Source: Parapedobacter lycopersici
GTDB lineage: Bacteria; Bacteroidota; Bacteroidia; Sphingobacteriales; Sphingobacteriaceae
Direction of reading: 5' to 3'
DNA: 64,000 nucleotides
Assembly (NCBI RefSeq): GCF_040395035.1
Contig: NZ_JBEBRB010000001.1
Coordinates: forward strand, 81,579-145,578
This document shows, in pieces, positions 1 to 10,161 of the stretch. Below the pieces are notes generated by a model. The model ran no database searches and was not told the DNA's origin. It saw only the letters and a program-made list of their open reading frames with translations. Position 1 is the first letter of the stretch. Each line of letters opens with the position of its first letter. The position numbers and the translations under genes were made by a program.

Positions 1-1
1 G

Positions 2-3000
2 GCATTTGATAACGACCCCGCAGCACGGGCACGGCAGGATATTGGACTGGACGGGTTAAACGACAGCGACGAGCGGGATTTTCATGCCAGTTTCCTCACC
101 CAGACACAGGCACTGCTCAATTCCAGTGCTGCCCAGGAGCTGATGGATGACCCCTCGGGTGACAACTTCCGTTATTTCCGCGGGCCGGACCTGGACAACC
201 AGAACGCAGGTATTCTGAAACGGTACGAACGTTTCAATGGTCCGGAAGGCAATGCACGCACCCCGGAACAATCACAGAACGAATTCGGCGTGGAAACATC
301 GGCTTCCACCCTCCTCCCGGATGGGGAAGACATCAACCGGGATAATAACATGAACGAGGCGGAAGAATACTACCAGTATAAGGTGTCACTCCGGCCACAG
401 GACATGGTAGTTGGTGAAAACTACATCTCCGACATGCATGTTGCGGAAGTTTCACTACCCAATGGCACGAAGGAACAGGTCAAATGGTACCAGTTCCGTA
501 TTCCGCTCGCGCAGTATAAAGAGCGTATCGGTGATATCCGCGATTTTAAATCGATCCGTTTCATCCGGATGTTTATGACCGATTTTGCCGATACTGCCGT
601 TGTCCGCCTGGCGCAGGTACAGCTCGCCCGTGGCGAATGGCGACGGTATAATGCGGAAAACAATACCGCCAAGGTAATCGTTGATCCCAGCATGGGCAAC
701 GTGAGCCTGGATCAGTCCACCATTGAAGTGGCAGCGGTCAATATTGAGCAAAATGGGAACCGTCAACCGATACCATATGTGGTTCCGCCGGGTATTGAAC
801 GCCAAATGGACTGGGGTAACCTGAACACCAACGTGAGGCTTAACGAACAATCCCTGTCGTTGGATGTAAAAAACTTACGCGACGGTTACGGACGCGCAGC
901 ATACCGCACGGCAACCAACGATTTCAGGGCCTATGGCCGTCTGGAAATGTTTATCCACGCCGAAGGGATGTACTTAAAGGATGGGGATTTCCGTGCATTT
1001 ATACGGGTAGGTACCGATGACCAGTATAACTACTACCAGTATGACATGCCGCTGAAAGTCACACAGCCCGGCACGGCAGATCCGGAAACCATCTGGCCCC
1101 AGGAAAACCGGATGAATATCCGTATCCAAATTTTCCAGGAGGCTAAGGAGGCACGGAATAAGGCAACGCTTAATGGACAGCCATGGCCAATTGATGAGCC
1201 TTTTACCTATTTTGATGGCCAGAATCGGGTAATCGTGATGGGGCAGCCCGATATCAGCAAGGTGCGTTTTTACATGCTTGGCGTGATGAATCCCCTTCGC
1301 GGCAGCGAGGTAAGTATTCCCGGCGATGACGGCCTGGATAAATCCGGTCTCTTCTGGTTTAATGAATTGCGCCTGAGCGACTTCGATGACAAAGGTGGCT
1401 GGGCGGTTACGGCAAGGATGAATGCGAAGTTAGCCGACTTTGCGAACATTACCGTTTCGGGCAGCAAAAGCACCATCGGCTTTGGCTCGATAGACCAGCG
1501 CATCGGCGAACGCAGCCGCAGCGAGGACCGCTATTTCGATATTGTGACCAACGCGGAACTGGGCAAATTCTTTCCGACAGATTATGGCCTGCGTATTCCG
1601 CTGTTCTTTAGCTACACGAACCAGGTAAGCACGCCGGAATACAATCCCCTCATGCCGGATATTGAGATGAACAGCGCGCTGGCCAATTTATCACGCAATA
1701 GTCGCGATTCGCTTTTGCGGGTTACCCAGGATTACACCACCCGCAAAAGTTTTAACCTCACCAACGTCCGCAAAATCCGTACGGATATTGAGAAGCCGGT
1801 TCGCCCTTGGGATATCGAGAACTTCAGTGCCACGTATGCTTATTCGCAGTATTATCACCGCGATTATTTAACCGAAATTGCGTTGCAGAAAAATTACCGT
1901 GCAGCACTGGATTACACATTCAGTGCCAGCGGCGAACACTTTATTGAGCCTTTAAAAAACAGCTTTAAGAAAAATTACCTGAGCTTGCTGCGGGATTTTA
2001 ATTTCAATCTGATGCCCTCGTTGCTCAATTTCCGCATTGATGTAAACCGGATATACAACGAAAATACGCTCCGCGACAACTCGCCCGACAATTTTCTGCC
2101 AAGCATGGGAACGCTGTATAATAAGAATTTTACGATGAACCGGATATACGGCATCAGCTGGAACCTGACGAAGTCATTAAGGCTTGATTTTAACGCCACG
2201 AATTACGCCATTGTAGATGAGCCCGACGGGCGACTGTATGGGCTGAAACGGGATACACTCTGGGAAAATTTCTGGCGGCTGGGTCGCACGACGGACTACA
2301 ACCACATGCTGAATATTACCTATTCATTGCCGATCAGCAAAATCCCCGGCTTAGACTGGATCAATGTGGATGCCCGGTACGGTGCTCAGTTTGCCTGGCA
2401 GACCGAGCCATTGCTATCCATTAACAGCGCCGAAATCAACATGGGAAACAGCATCCAGAATTCACGTACAATTCAGGTAAATCCGACATTAAACATGGCG
2501 GGCTTATATAATAAATTTGGTTTCATCCGCAATAATACCGGGCTGGACGCATCGGGTACAGCGGCATTTTTTACCGGTTTACTAACCAGCATCAAAAATA
2601 TTAATGCGGCCTATACGCGGGTACAGAACACCTTTTTACCCGGTTACCTGCCAAAGACAAATATGCTGGGGTATGACTTTGACCGAAATGCGCCCGGATG
2701 GGGATTCCTGTTTGGCAGTCAGCGTGACATCCGCATGCGTGCGGCGGCCAATGGATGGATCACTACCGACACATTGCAGACGCAGCTTTATATGAATTCG
2801 CTAACGGAGGATTTCTCACTACGCGCCCTGATGGAGCCTTTCCGCGACCTTAATATTGAGCTTACCGCGGTAAAACTAAATAACCGGAACTACACTTCAT
2901 CTTTCCAGTATACTGGCGAAACGGACAATTACCGGAACCTTACCCCGGTGACCACGGGGAACTACAGCATTTCTTACCTCTCCATCGGTACGGCATTTAA

Positions 3001-3898
3001 AGACCACGAACAGCTGTTCCGTACATTTGAACGAAACAGGCAGGCCGTTTCCCAGCGACTGGGACAACGTAACCCGAATTCAACCGGCTCGGAAGACGGG
3101 TTCGCAGATGGTTACGACCGCACCTCTCAAGATGTAGTCGTCAACGCTTTTTTGGCGGCTTATCGCGGCAAGGATGCGCGTCGGAGTAAATTAACCAGTT
3201 TTCCGAATATCCCGTTTCCGAATTGGAATGTTACTTATAATGGCCTGAGTAAAATACCCCTGCTTAGCGAATTTGTTACCTCACTGACCCTGCGTCACGG
3301 TTACAATAGCCGGTATTCCATTAATGGATACAATTCGGTGATCCGCTATTCGGAGGTAAATGGATTTCCGTTTGAGCGGGATATCAATGGCAATTTCCTG
3401 CCGGAATATCAGTTTCAGCAAATCTCGATCTTTGAGCAGTTTACACCGCTATTGGGCATGGACGCACGTTTTAAGAACGATCTGACTGCCAATGTGGAAT
3501 ATCGGAGAGGCCGTACGTTGAATCTCAGTCTGCAAAATAGCCAGCTGGCGCTGCTCAACGACGAATCCTTTGTGCTGGGTATGGGTTATCGCGCGACCGG
3601 CTTCCGGATGCCGTTTGGATGGTTCAGCAATTTCAAGATGAGCAACGACCTTAACTTTCGGCTGGATGTGTCTATCAACGATCTGAAAACACTGGTATAT
3701 CGCTCGGATATTAACGAATCGGAAGTGTCCGCAGGGAATAAAAGCATTTCCTACCGCCCGTCCATTGACTATGTCATAAACCAGCGGTTTAATATCCGAT
3801 TGTTTTTTGACAGCAATTCCGTACGACCATATACCTCACAGACTTTTGCCACTTCCTATGCGAATTTCGGCTTTAATCTGCGCGTGATGTTCCAGTAA
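2..3898 (+). CDS. sprA: Cell surface protein SprA / T9SS outer-membrane translocon, C-terminal part (5' truncated by window edge)
   Basis: Frame is open from base 2 (AFDNDPAARARQDIGLDGL...) into the 143..3898 ORF; SprA-like motifs WYQFRIP, DFKSIRFIRMF, WFNELRL, GFGSIDQ; ends in a beta-strand-rich barrel with FGFNLRVMFQ. Confidence 0.92.
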   Translation, partial: AFDNDPAARARQDIGLDGLNDSDERDFHASFLTQTQALLNSSAAQELMDDPSGDNFRYFRGPDLDNQNAGILKRYERFNGPEGNARTPEQSQNEFGVETSASTLLPDGEDINRDNNMNEAEEYYQYKVSLRPQDMVVGENYISDMHVAEVSLPNGTKEQVKWYQFRIPLAQYKERIGDIRDFKSIRFIRMFMTDFADTAVVRLAQVQLARGEWRRYNAENNTAKVIVDPSMGNVSLDQSTIEVAAVNIEQNGNRQPIPYVVPPGIERQMDWGNLNTNVRLNEQSLSLDVKNLRDGYGRAAYRTATNDFRAYGRLEMFIHAEGMYLKDGDFRAFIRVGTDDQYNYYQYDMPLKVTQPGTADPETIWPQENRMNIRIQIFQEAKEARNKATLNGQPWPIDEPFTYFDGQNRVIVMGQPDISKVRFYMLGVMNPLRGSEVSIPGDDGLDKSGLFWFNELRLSDFDDKGGWAVTARMNAKLADFANITVSGSKSTIGFGSIDQRIGERSRSEDRYFDIVTNAELGKFFPTDYGLRIPLFFSYTNQVSTPEYNPLMPDIEMNSALANLSRNSRDSLLRVTQDYTTRKSFNLTNVRKIRTDIEKPVRPWDIENFSATYAYSQYYHRDYLTEIALQKNYRAALDYTFSASGEHFIEPLKNSFKKNYLSLLRDFNFNLMPSLLNFRIDVNRIYNENTLRDNSPDNFLPSMGTLYNKNFTMNRIYGISWNLTKSLRLDFNATNYAIVDEPDGRLYGLKRDTLWENFWRLGRTTDYNHMLNITYSLPISKIPGLDWINVDARYGAQFAWQTEPLLSINSAEINMGNSIQNSRTIQVNPTLNMAGLYNKFGFIRNNTGLDASGTAAFFTGLLTSIKNINAAYTRVQNTFLPGYLPKTNMLGYDFDRNAPGWGFLFGSQRDIRMRAAANGWITTDTLQTQLYMNSLTEDFSLRALMEPFRDLNIELTAVKLNNRNYTSSFQYTGETDNYRNLTPVTTGNYSISYLSIGTAFKDHEQLFRTFERNRQAVSQRLGQRNPNSTGSEDGFADGYDRTSQDVVVNAFLAAYRGKDARRSKLTSFPNIPFPNWNVTYNGLSKIPLLSEFVTSLTLRHGYNSRYSINGYNSVIRYSEVNGFPFERDINGNFLPEYQFQQISIFEQFTPLLGMDARFKNDLTANVEYRRGRTLNLSLQNSQLALLNDESFVLGMGYRATGFRMPFGWFSNFKMSNDLNFRLDVSINDLKTLVYRSDINESEVSAGNKSISYRPSIDYVINQRFNIRLFFDSNSVRPYTSQTFATSYANFGFNLRVMFQ

Positions 3899-3958
3899 GG
3901 GAGACAGTGCTTTTTATTGAGCGCCAGTGAATAATTAGATTTTCTGTATCTTTGTACC

Positions 3959-4306
3959 ATGATCATAGAGGTATTGAAATCCAAGATTCATCGGGTACGG
4001 GTCACACAGGCAGAATTGAACTATGTGGGTAGTATCACGATTGATGAGGATTTGCTGGATGCGGCGAATATGCTCGCGAATGAAAAGGTGCAGGTCGTAA
4101 ACAACAACAACGGCGCCCGCTTTGAAACATATGTAATTAAGGGGGAACGGGGTTCGGGTACGATTTGCCTGAACGGAGCCGCGGCGCGGCTTGCACAGGT
4201 AGGCGATGTAATCATCATTATTTCATACGCGCAAATGGAATTTGAAGCGGCAAAAACGCATCAACCAATACTGGTTTTTCCTGATGAAAACAATAAGTTA
4301 ATTTAG
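3959..4306 (+). CDS. panD: Aspartate 1-decarboxylase
   Basis: [10 protein letters not shown]...[10 protein letters not shown] self-cleavage motif (G-S), CLNGAAAR. Confidence 0.97.
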   Translation: MIIEVLKSKIHRVRVTQAELNYVGSITIDEDLLDAANMLANEKVQVVNNNNGARFETYVIKGERGSGTICLNGAAARLAQVGDVIIIISYAQMEFEAAKTHQPILVFPDENNKLI

Positions 4307-4331
4307 GACACGACAACAACTAACACTAATT

Positions 4332-4367
4332 TTAGATTATCCTAATCAAAATGTTAGGCTAATCAAA
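4332..4367. promoter_or_regulatory. Putative metalloregulator operator (TTAG-N6-CTAA plus TTAGgCTAA, each followed by ctaatcaaa)
   Basis: ttagattatcctaa 4332-4345, ttaggctaa 4354-4362; ctaatcaaa repeated at 4342-4350 and 4359-4367; directly upstream of the -7 element of the TonB receptor gene. Confidence 0.45.
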
Positions 4368-4376
4368 CTTTATAAC

Positions 4377-4384
4377 TACCTTTG
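4377..4384 (+). promoter_or_regulatory. Bacteroidota -7 promoter element TAnnTTTG (TAccTTTG)
   Basis: Exact consensus match about 50 nt upstream of the receptor start. Confidence 0.6.
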
Positions 4385-4434
4385 CAGGAGTTACTCTTGT
4401 ATTGGTATGGTTAAACAGTAAAAATTAGTTGTTA

Positions 4435-6834
4435 ATGAATCGATTCTTTCTCCTCCACATCAAGCCTATCCCCTTTTTTCGGGCGTTATTAAAACATCTT
4501 TTTTTAGTTGGCTTATTCAGTACCCTTTGGGGTCATCTTCATGCACAGGATACCGGCACATTGACCGGAAAGGTTACCGCCATAGATTCCCTTCCCCTTG
4601 ACAAGGCATCCGTTACCATTGAACGCACCGATTTAGGCACCACAACCGGCACAGACGGGAGATTTGAGTTCCATCTTCCTCCCGGTAAATACGATGTATG
4701 GATACGCACAGTCGGTTATCAGCCCTACCGGAAAACCGTTATTGTTGCACCGGGCAATGTCACTGTTATGGATGCGACATTACAGGAAGACCACCTCAAC
4801 TTAAATGAAGTTGTCGTCAGTGCCACCCGGTACGGCGTAGACCGTCGGGAGGCCCCGGTCATTGTAAATGTGATCAGCCCGAAAATATTCAATGCAACAC
4901 AGTCTGTCGCCATGTCTGAAACACTGAATTACCAACCGGGTGTACGCGTGGAGACCAACTGTCAGAATTGTGGATTTACGCAGGTAAGGCTCAATGGACT
5001 GGGGGGTGCATATTCGCAGATCCTGATCAATAGCCGGCCCGTGTTCAGCGCCCTTAGCAGTGTATACGGCCTTGATCAGATCCCTACCAGCATGGTCGAC
5101 CGCATTGAGGTGGTACGGAGTGGTGGATCAGCGCTATTCGGATCGAATGCCATTGCCGGAACCATCAATGTAATTACCAAGGACCCGGTGGAAAACACCT
5201 GGCAAATCGGTTCCACCAACGCACTGGTCGACGGCTCCAAATGGGACAACACCGTCGATTTCAATGCCTCGATCATCTCGGAGGATCTAGCCACGGGCGT
5301 AACTTTTTACGGCATGAACCGGAATCGGCAGGCATTTGATGCCAATGGCGACGGATTTACGGAAATGACGAAGCTGAAAAACACGACTTTTGGTGGAAAG
5401 GCATTTTATATGCCCTCCGATGTTAACCGAATAACGCTGGATTTCAGTGTGATAAACGAATTCCGCCGCGGGGGAGATCGCCTTGACCTAGCTCCGCATT
5501 TTACCGACATCACGGAACAACTGGATTATAGTACATTTTTGGGTGGATTTACATTCGACCATTACAGTACGGACTATAAAAGCAAGTTTTCAGCTTATAC
5601 TTCTGCTCAGAAAGGAAAACGGAATAGTTTCTATGGCGGCATGGGAGGAAACAGGACACCTGCGGACAGTTTACTGGCGAACAACGCCTACGGCCATACC
5701 GACGACCTGGCATGGGTAGGCGGATTGCAGTTCACACACACCTTTGCGAATGACGTGCTGACCGCGGGAGCCGAACATCAGCTCAACGACACCCAGGATG
5801 AAATCGCCGGATATGCCCGTTTAGTCGACCAGACCGCCAACAGTACCGGGCTTTATGCACAATACGAATGGAAACCAGTGCGTGCATTTACGGCGCTCGT
5901 GGGTGCACGCTATGATTATGTGACCATTAACGGCCGTTACACGCTCCATAACATCAACCGGACTGGCGACATCCGTACCGGTGTGCTCAGTCCACGGCTT
6001 ACGTTGCTGTACAACATGACCGACTACCTCCAGTTCCGGGGTGGTTACGCCCGGGGATTCCGGGCACCACAGGCGTTCAATGAAGACATGCACGTATCCT
6101 CAGTTGGAGGCCAGCAGGTGTTTGTCCTGATTTCCAACAACCTGAAAACAGAATATTCCAACGCATACACGGCGTCGTTAAATTTAATGAAAAATATTGG
6201 AGACATACAGTTCAGCGCATTGGTCGAAGGCTTTTACACCGATCTGCGCAACCCGTTTACAAATGTGTTATCAACGGAGCTGGCAGGTGTGCTGTTTGAG
6301 GAAATGCGGAATGGCGAGGGGGCCTATGTGACCGGCACTAACATCGAACTGAGTATGGCCCCGTCCGCCCGCTATAGCCTGCAGGCCGGAGGCACCGTGC
6401 AACGCTCGCATTATCGCGATGCCCAGGTACTGTTTGACGGCGCCGCGGGGCTCCCGCCAGTAACCACGGATGAATTTGTAAAATCGCCCGATGTATACGG
6501 CTATGTCAGCAGTAACTGGAAAGCAACCGACCAACTCAGCGTCGACGTAACCGGCACATACACAGGATCAATGATCGTTCCGCACGTGGTAAATGACAAC
6601 GCCTTCGTCCTATTGAAAAATACTCCGGAGTTTGTTGAGCTTAACATGCGCCTGGGTTATGTATTTAACGTCAGAAAAGACTTTAGCATAGAATTGAGCG
6701 GAGGGGTGCAAAACGTATTGAATAGCTATCAAAAAGATTTTGATACAGGTCCGGCGAGGGACGCTGACTATATTTACGGCCCGGCAAGGCCACGCACCTA
6801 TTTCCTGGGGTTAAAAATCGGACACTTCCATTAA
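4435..6834 (+). CDS. TonB-dependent outer-membrane receptor with N-terminal carboxypeptidase-regulatory-like domain and CQNC motif in the plug
   Basis: Signal peptide ending LHAQD, LNEVVVSATR TonB box, plug VETNCQNCGFTQVRLNGL...DRIEVVRSGGSALFGSNAIAGTINVITK, C-terminal PRTYFLGLKIGHF. ATG at 4435 preferred over TTG at 4429. Confidence 0.92.
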   Translation: MNRFFLLHIKPIPFFRALLKHLFLVGLFSTLWGHLHAQDTGTLTGKVTAIDSLPLDKASVTIERTDLGTTTGTDGRFEFHLPPGKYDVWIRTVGYQPYRKTVIVAPGNVTVMDATLQEDHLNLNEVVVSATRYGVDRREAPVIVNVISPKIFNATQSVAMSETLNYQPGVRVETNCQNCGFTQVRLNGLGGAYSQILINSRPVFSALSSVYGLDQIPTSMVDRIEVVRSGGSALFGSNAIAGTINVITKDPVENTWQIGSTNALVDGSKWDNTVDFNASIISEDLATGVTFYGMNRNRQAFDANGDGFTEMTKLKNTTFGGKAFYMPSDVNRITLDFSVINEFRRGGDRLDLAPHFTDITEQLDYSTFLGGFTFDHYSTDYKSKFSAYTSAQKGKRNSFYGGMGGNRTPADSLLANNAYGHTDDLAWVGGLQFTHTFANDVLTAGAEHQLNDTQDEIAGYARLVDQTANSTGLYAQYEWKPVRAFTALVGARYDYVTINGRYTLHNINRTGDIRTGVLSPRLTLLYNMTDYLQFRGGYARGFRAPQAFNEDMHVSSVGGQQVFVLISNNLKTEYSNAYTASLNLMKNIGDIQFSALVEGFYTDLRNPFTNVLSTELAGVLFEEMRNGEGAYVTGTNIELSMAPSARYSLQAGGTVQRSHYRDAQVLFDGAAGLPPVTTDEFVKSPDVYGYVSSNWKATDQLSVDVTGTYTGSMIVPHVVNDNAFVLLKNTPEFVELNMRLGYVFNVRKDFSIELSGGVQNVLNSYQKDFDTGPARDADYIYGPARPRTYFLGLKIGHFH

Positions 6835-6849
6835 AATACCTCTATTGAT

Positions 6850-7329
6850 ATGAACCGACGGACATTTATTTCCTATTGTTGCCTTGTGGCGTGCATCGTT
6901 CCCCCAGGGTTTGTCAGCGCACTGCAGAAGCCACAGATTAACTGGCTGACGTTTGAGCAACTATCCGATTCTCTCGCCCGCAACCCGAAAAAAGTGTTAA
7001 TCAGTTTCTATACCGATTGGTGTGTTTATTGTCATAAAATGCACCAGGAGGTTTTCACCAATCCCAAAGTCGTACGTCAGGTGAATACCGCCTATTATGC
7101 GGTAAGGTTTGATGCCGAGTCTACCGATGCGATTCATTTTGACGGGCAACTGTTTTTAAACCGTCGTGCAACCAAACGCAGAAAAGGTTTTCACGATATC
7201 GCCTTACTGTTGGGTTCGCGAAACGGTCAATTTGCCGTACCGGTAACGCTTCTGCTGGATCCGGACTTCCGGATGGTACACCGCAGTTTTCAATACCTGG
7301 ATAGCAAAAAGCTTTTGGAGTTGCTGTAA
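6850..7329 (+). CDS. Exported thioredoxin-family protein (WCVYC)
   Basis: FYTDWCVYCHKM CxxC motif, N-terminal signal; 15 nt after the receptor stop. Confidence 0.85.
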   Translation: MNRRTFISYCCLVACIVPPGFVSALQKPQINWLTFEQLSDSLARNPKKVLISFYTDWCVYCHKMHQEVFTNPKVVRQVNTAYYAVRFDAESTDAIHFDGQLFLNRRATKRRKGFHDIALLLGSRNGQFAVPVTLLLDPDFRMVHRSFQYLDSKKLLELL

Positions 7330-7385
7330 TTTCGCTTTGGGGTGTAGCAATCCAGGGCAACCCAACGTTATAAAACGCATAGGAT

Positions 7386-7417
7386 CACCGGTAATTGCAT
7401 TTACCCGGTGGTTTGTT
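7386..7417 (+). terminator. Possible intrinsic terminator
   Basis: caccgg(taa)...(tta)cccggtg stem followed by gtttgtt. Confidence 0.4.
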
Positions 7418-7481
7418 AAATTGTGTTAATTGGTCTATTAATCGGATTATTTAAATAACTTTGCGGTTGCAAGGTGCTAAC

Positions 7482-8072
7482 ATGAACAACATGAAAAAAG
7501 TAAATTTACTTGTACTGGGCTTGGTCGTCACGATGGGTTTTTCTTCCTGTCTGAAAGAAGATTCATTTGACGAAAGCGCGCAGTTTGAACTTGAAAAACC
7601 CCGGTTGGAAAAATATGCAACAGAAAATTTCGATGACCCACAGCTCAATGAAACGTTGGGTATCTGGTATGAAGTGCTGGCTGAGGGTGATCCCGATTCA
7701 TATGAGTATAAAATTATCCAAAATGCGGAGAATCCTAATAATCCGTATGTAGAGGCACCCGAAGTCTTAGTAAAATATACCTTAAAGCTCCTTGACAATA
7801 CGGTAGTGGAAGAAAAATCAGCTGGCGTAGAGATGCCACTGGGAAGAACCATCTATGCTTGGCAATATGCATTTTTACCACAGCAGATTGACGGACGATC
7901 ATTTTCAGGACTAACAGAAAATGGCTTAAAGAAAGGCTCGCGAATCCGCATTGCAACACCCTCACGTTGGGCATACCGCAATAGTGGCAGTAACGGCATT
8001 GCTCCAAACACACCATTGGTATTTGATATCGAGGTACTCGACATCCATTCGCCTGATGATGACGCGGAGTAA
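7482..8072 (+). CDS. FKBP-type peptidyl-prolyl isomerase lipoprotein
   Basis: Lipobox GFSSC, VKYTLKLLD, IYAWQYA, PSRWAY, PNTPLVFDIEV. Start at ATG 7482 or 7491. Confidence 0.82.
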   Translation: MNNMKKVNLLVLGLVVTMGFSSCLKEDSFDESAQFELEKPRLEKYATENFDDPQLNETLGIWYEVLAEGDPDSYEYKIIQNAENPNNPYVEAPEVLVKYTLKLLDNTVVEEKSAGVEMPLGRTIYAWQYAFLPQQIDGRSFSGLTENGLKKGSRIRIATPSRWAYRNSGSNGIAPNTPLVFDIEVLDIHSPDDDAE

Positions 8073-8112
8073 CGGCTATATCTATAAGTAAATAAAGTAT
8101 TTCACATAAAAT

Positions 8113-9033
8113 ATGACCAAATCAACTTCTTATTTTACTGCTGCCGGACTCGCAATGATTATATCACTGGCAGGTTGTGAGAAAAAAGAATATCAATCGG
8201 TTGAAGAGATGGATAGCATCAATATCCAGGACTACATCCGGAAGAACAACCTAAATGTGCAGCGGTATAAAGAAACCGATCTTTTTTACGAAGTACTGAA
8301 CGAAGGTACCGGGAGACCGATCAGCTATGATCAGGTTTACCCGGTTGTATATACCGTCAAAAGTCACGATGGGGTATACAGTGCCAATGATACCCTAAAC
8401 ACGAATAACCGATATGGCGATTACTTCGGTTATTTCCCATTCGGATCGTCCCTCGCCGGCCTACCAAACTCACCGGTCGAGCAAACCGGCGACTTTAAAG
8501 AAGTTATCCGGGAAGCGTTACAGCGCACCAATGGCAAGATCCGGATCATCGTTCCCTCCCGGCTGATGTATGGACGCAAAGGCAATACAGCACTCGGCGT
8601 TCCGCCCAATGCATCACTGGATTACGAGGTGACCGTCCATGATAATTTTGAAGATTATGAAGACGGGGTTATTCGTAACGCGATTGCCAAAGCAGGATTG
8701 GACATCGCTGATTTTACCAAACGGGAAGATAATATCTATTACCATATCATTACGCCCGGTGATGGTGATGTGATTACTACGGATTCCACGGTAACGGTTG
8801 ATTATACCCTGCGGAATTCCGCGGGTATCACCATCGATTCGGGAACGGATGCAGAATTCAGTTTAGGCGGCGGTACCATTGAGGCGTGGCCTAAGATCAT
8901 CCCCTTGATTAAAAAAGGTGGAAAAATCAGGTTCTTCACGCCAAGTGCCCATGCCTATGGCCTTACCGGAAGCTCTACGGGTAGCATTGGTCCATTCCTG
9001 ACGTTGGACTTTGAAGTAGAGGTTAAGAAATAG
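8113..9033 (+). CDS. Two-domain FKBP-type peptidyl-prolyl isomerase lipoprotein
   Basis: Lipobox SLAGC; two FKBP units (IIVPSRLMYG...PPNASLDYEV and FTPSAHAYG...LTLDFEVEV). Confidence 0.82.
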   Translation: MTKSTSYFTAAGLAMIISLAGCEKKEYQSVEEMDSINIQDYIRKNNLNVQRYKETDLFYEVLNEGTGRPISYDQVYPVVYTVKSHDGVYSANDTLNTNNRYGDYFGYFPFGSSLAGLPNSPVEQTGDFKEVIREALQRTNGKIRIIVPSRLMYGRKGNTALGVPPNASLDYEVTVHDNFEDYEDGVIRNAIAKAGLDIADFTKREDNIYYHIITPGDGDVITTDSTVTVDYTLRNSAGITIDSGTDAEFSLGGGTIEAWPKIIPLIKKGGKIRFFTPSAHAYGLTGSSTGSIGPFLTLDFEVEVKK

Positions 9034-9049
9034 AAATAAAAACAAGCGC

Positions 9050-10084
9050 TCATCGGCCTCCCCTGTACCTCGATTCGTCCAGTATTTGCTGGGCGTCTTT
9101 GTTGGCGAGCAGGGCTGTAAGCGAAACCTCCGGGTGGCGGTCCATATAATTCCGTACGATTTGCCATCCGATAAAAACCCCTAATTTGGGTGCCGACTCA
9201 TTCCCTACACCTAATTCAGGTGTAAAGGGCGCCTCACCAAGGTATTTCTGAATGCGGTAATAATCGGCATCATACAACAATTTTTCCTGTAAAAACCAGG
9301 CCCAAATATCCCGTTCGTAGCGTGCTGCCCACTCCTGCTGCTGTCCGGTATATCCGATTTTAAGGCTATCCGCAACATTCGGAAGTACCTGATCCATCGT
9401 ATAAAGAATTTTTCCCTGATATACCATATGCTGAAGGAGGTTGACATTGAGATCGTCCTGTGGCAGTAACTCCTGGCGTATATAGCTTTCCACCACACGG
9501 GGGACGATATTTTCAGGGGTAAACCGGCGAGACAGGTAATGTGGAATGCTCTCGCGCAACGCCGGATAAAATTCGGATTCCCTCCCCAGGAACATATCCA
9601 GCCCGATACCGATGTATCCCTGTCCGATAGGAACCTGTATAGCAAATCCCGAGAAAAAGGCAATAAACCGCGGAACAGTCATTTCTGGAAAATAGTATTT
9701 CAAATGTTTAAAAGCATCGGTTAAACCCGCCTCATGTACTATCAGATCCGGATAGGTAGTGTAGACACTGCTTTTGAGCGCCTTAAAATCGTCCGTTTCA
9801 ATTACCTGTTTCAAAACTTCTGCAATGCGCAGGCTATCCAGTGGATTACCAGCCTCCAGCATATGCTGTATATAATCGGCATAGAAATAATCGTACCGGT
9901 TAATCCACTCCCGGTTCTTCTGAAGGATATTATCCCGACGGAGGCTATCCAATGCCTTATCAAATCGCTCGATGTGAACAACCACATCAATATGGCTGGT
10001 GTCTATGCGTTCCCTCCCTCCGCAGGAAGCCAGGACGATAATCAAAAAAAAGCCATAAATTAGCGGCGTTCGAATTTCAAGCAT
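9050..10084 (-). CDS. gldB: Gliding motility lipoprotein GldB
   Basis: Lipobox LASC, ERFDKAL, YIGIGLDMFLG, MVYQGKILY, ESAPKLGVFIGWQIVRNYM. Start moved to ATG 10084. Confidence 0.88.
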   Translation of the reverse strand: MLEIRTPLIYGFFLIIVLASCGGRERIDTSHIDVVVHIERFDKALDSLRRDNILQKNREWINRYDYFYADYIQHMLEAGNPLDSLRIAEVLKQVIETDDFKALKSSVYTTYPDLIVHEAGLTDAFKHLKYYFPEMTVPRFIAFFSGFAIQVPIGQGYIGIGLDMFLGRESEFYPALRESIPHYLSRRFTPENIVPRVVESYIRQELLPQDDLNVNLLQHMVYQGKILYTMDQVLPNVADSLKIGYTGQQQEWAARYERDIWAWFLQEKLLYDADYYRIQKYLGEAPFTPELGVGNESAPKLGVFIGWQIVRNYMDRHPEVSLTALLANKDAQQILDESRYRGGR

Positions 10085-10161
10085 TATTTTTGTTTCGTTA
10101 TTGGCAACGAAGTTAATGAAAAGTTGGTATTCAGACAGCCCACAGGTATAACGCAACCCAT

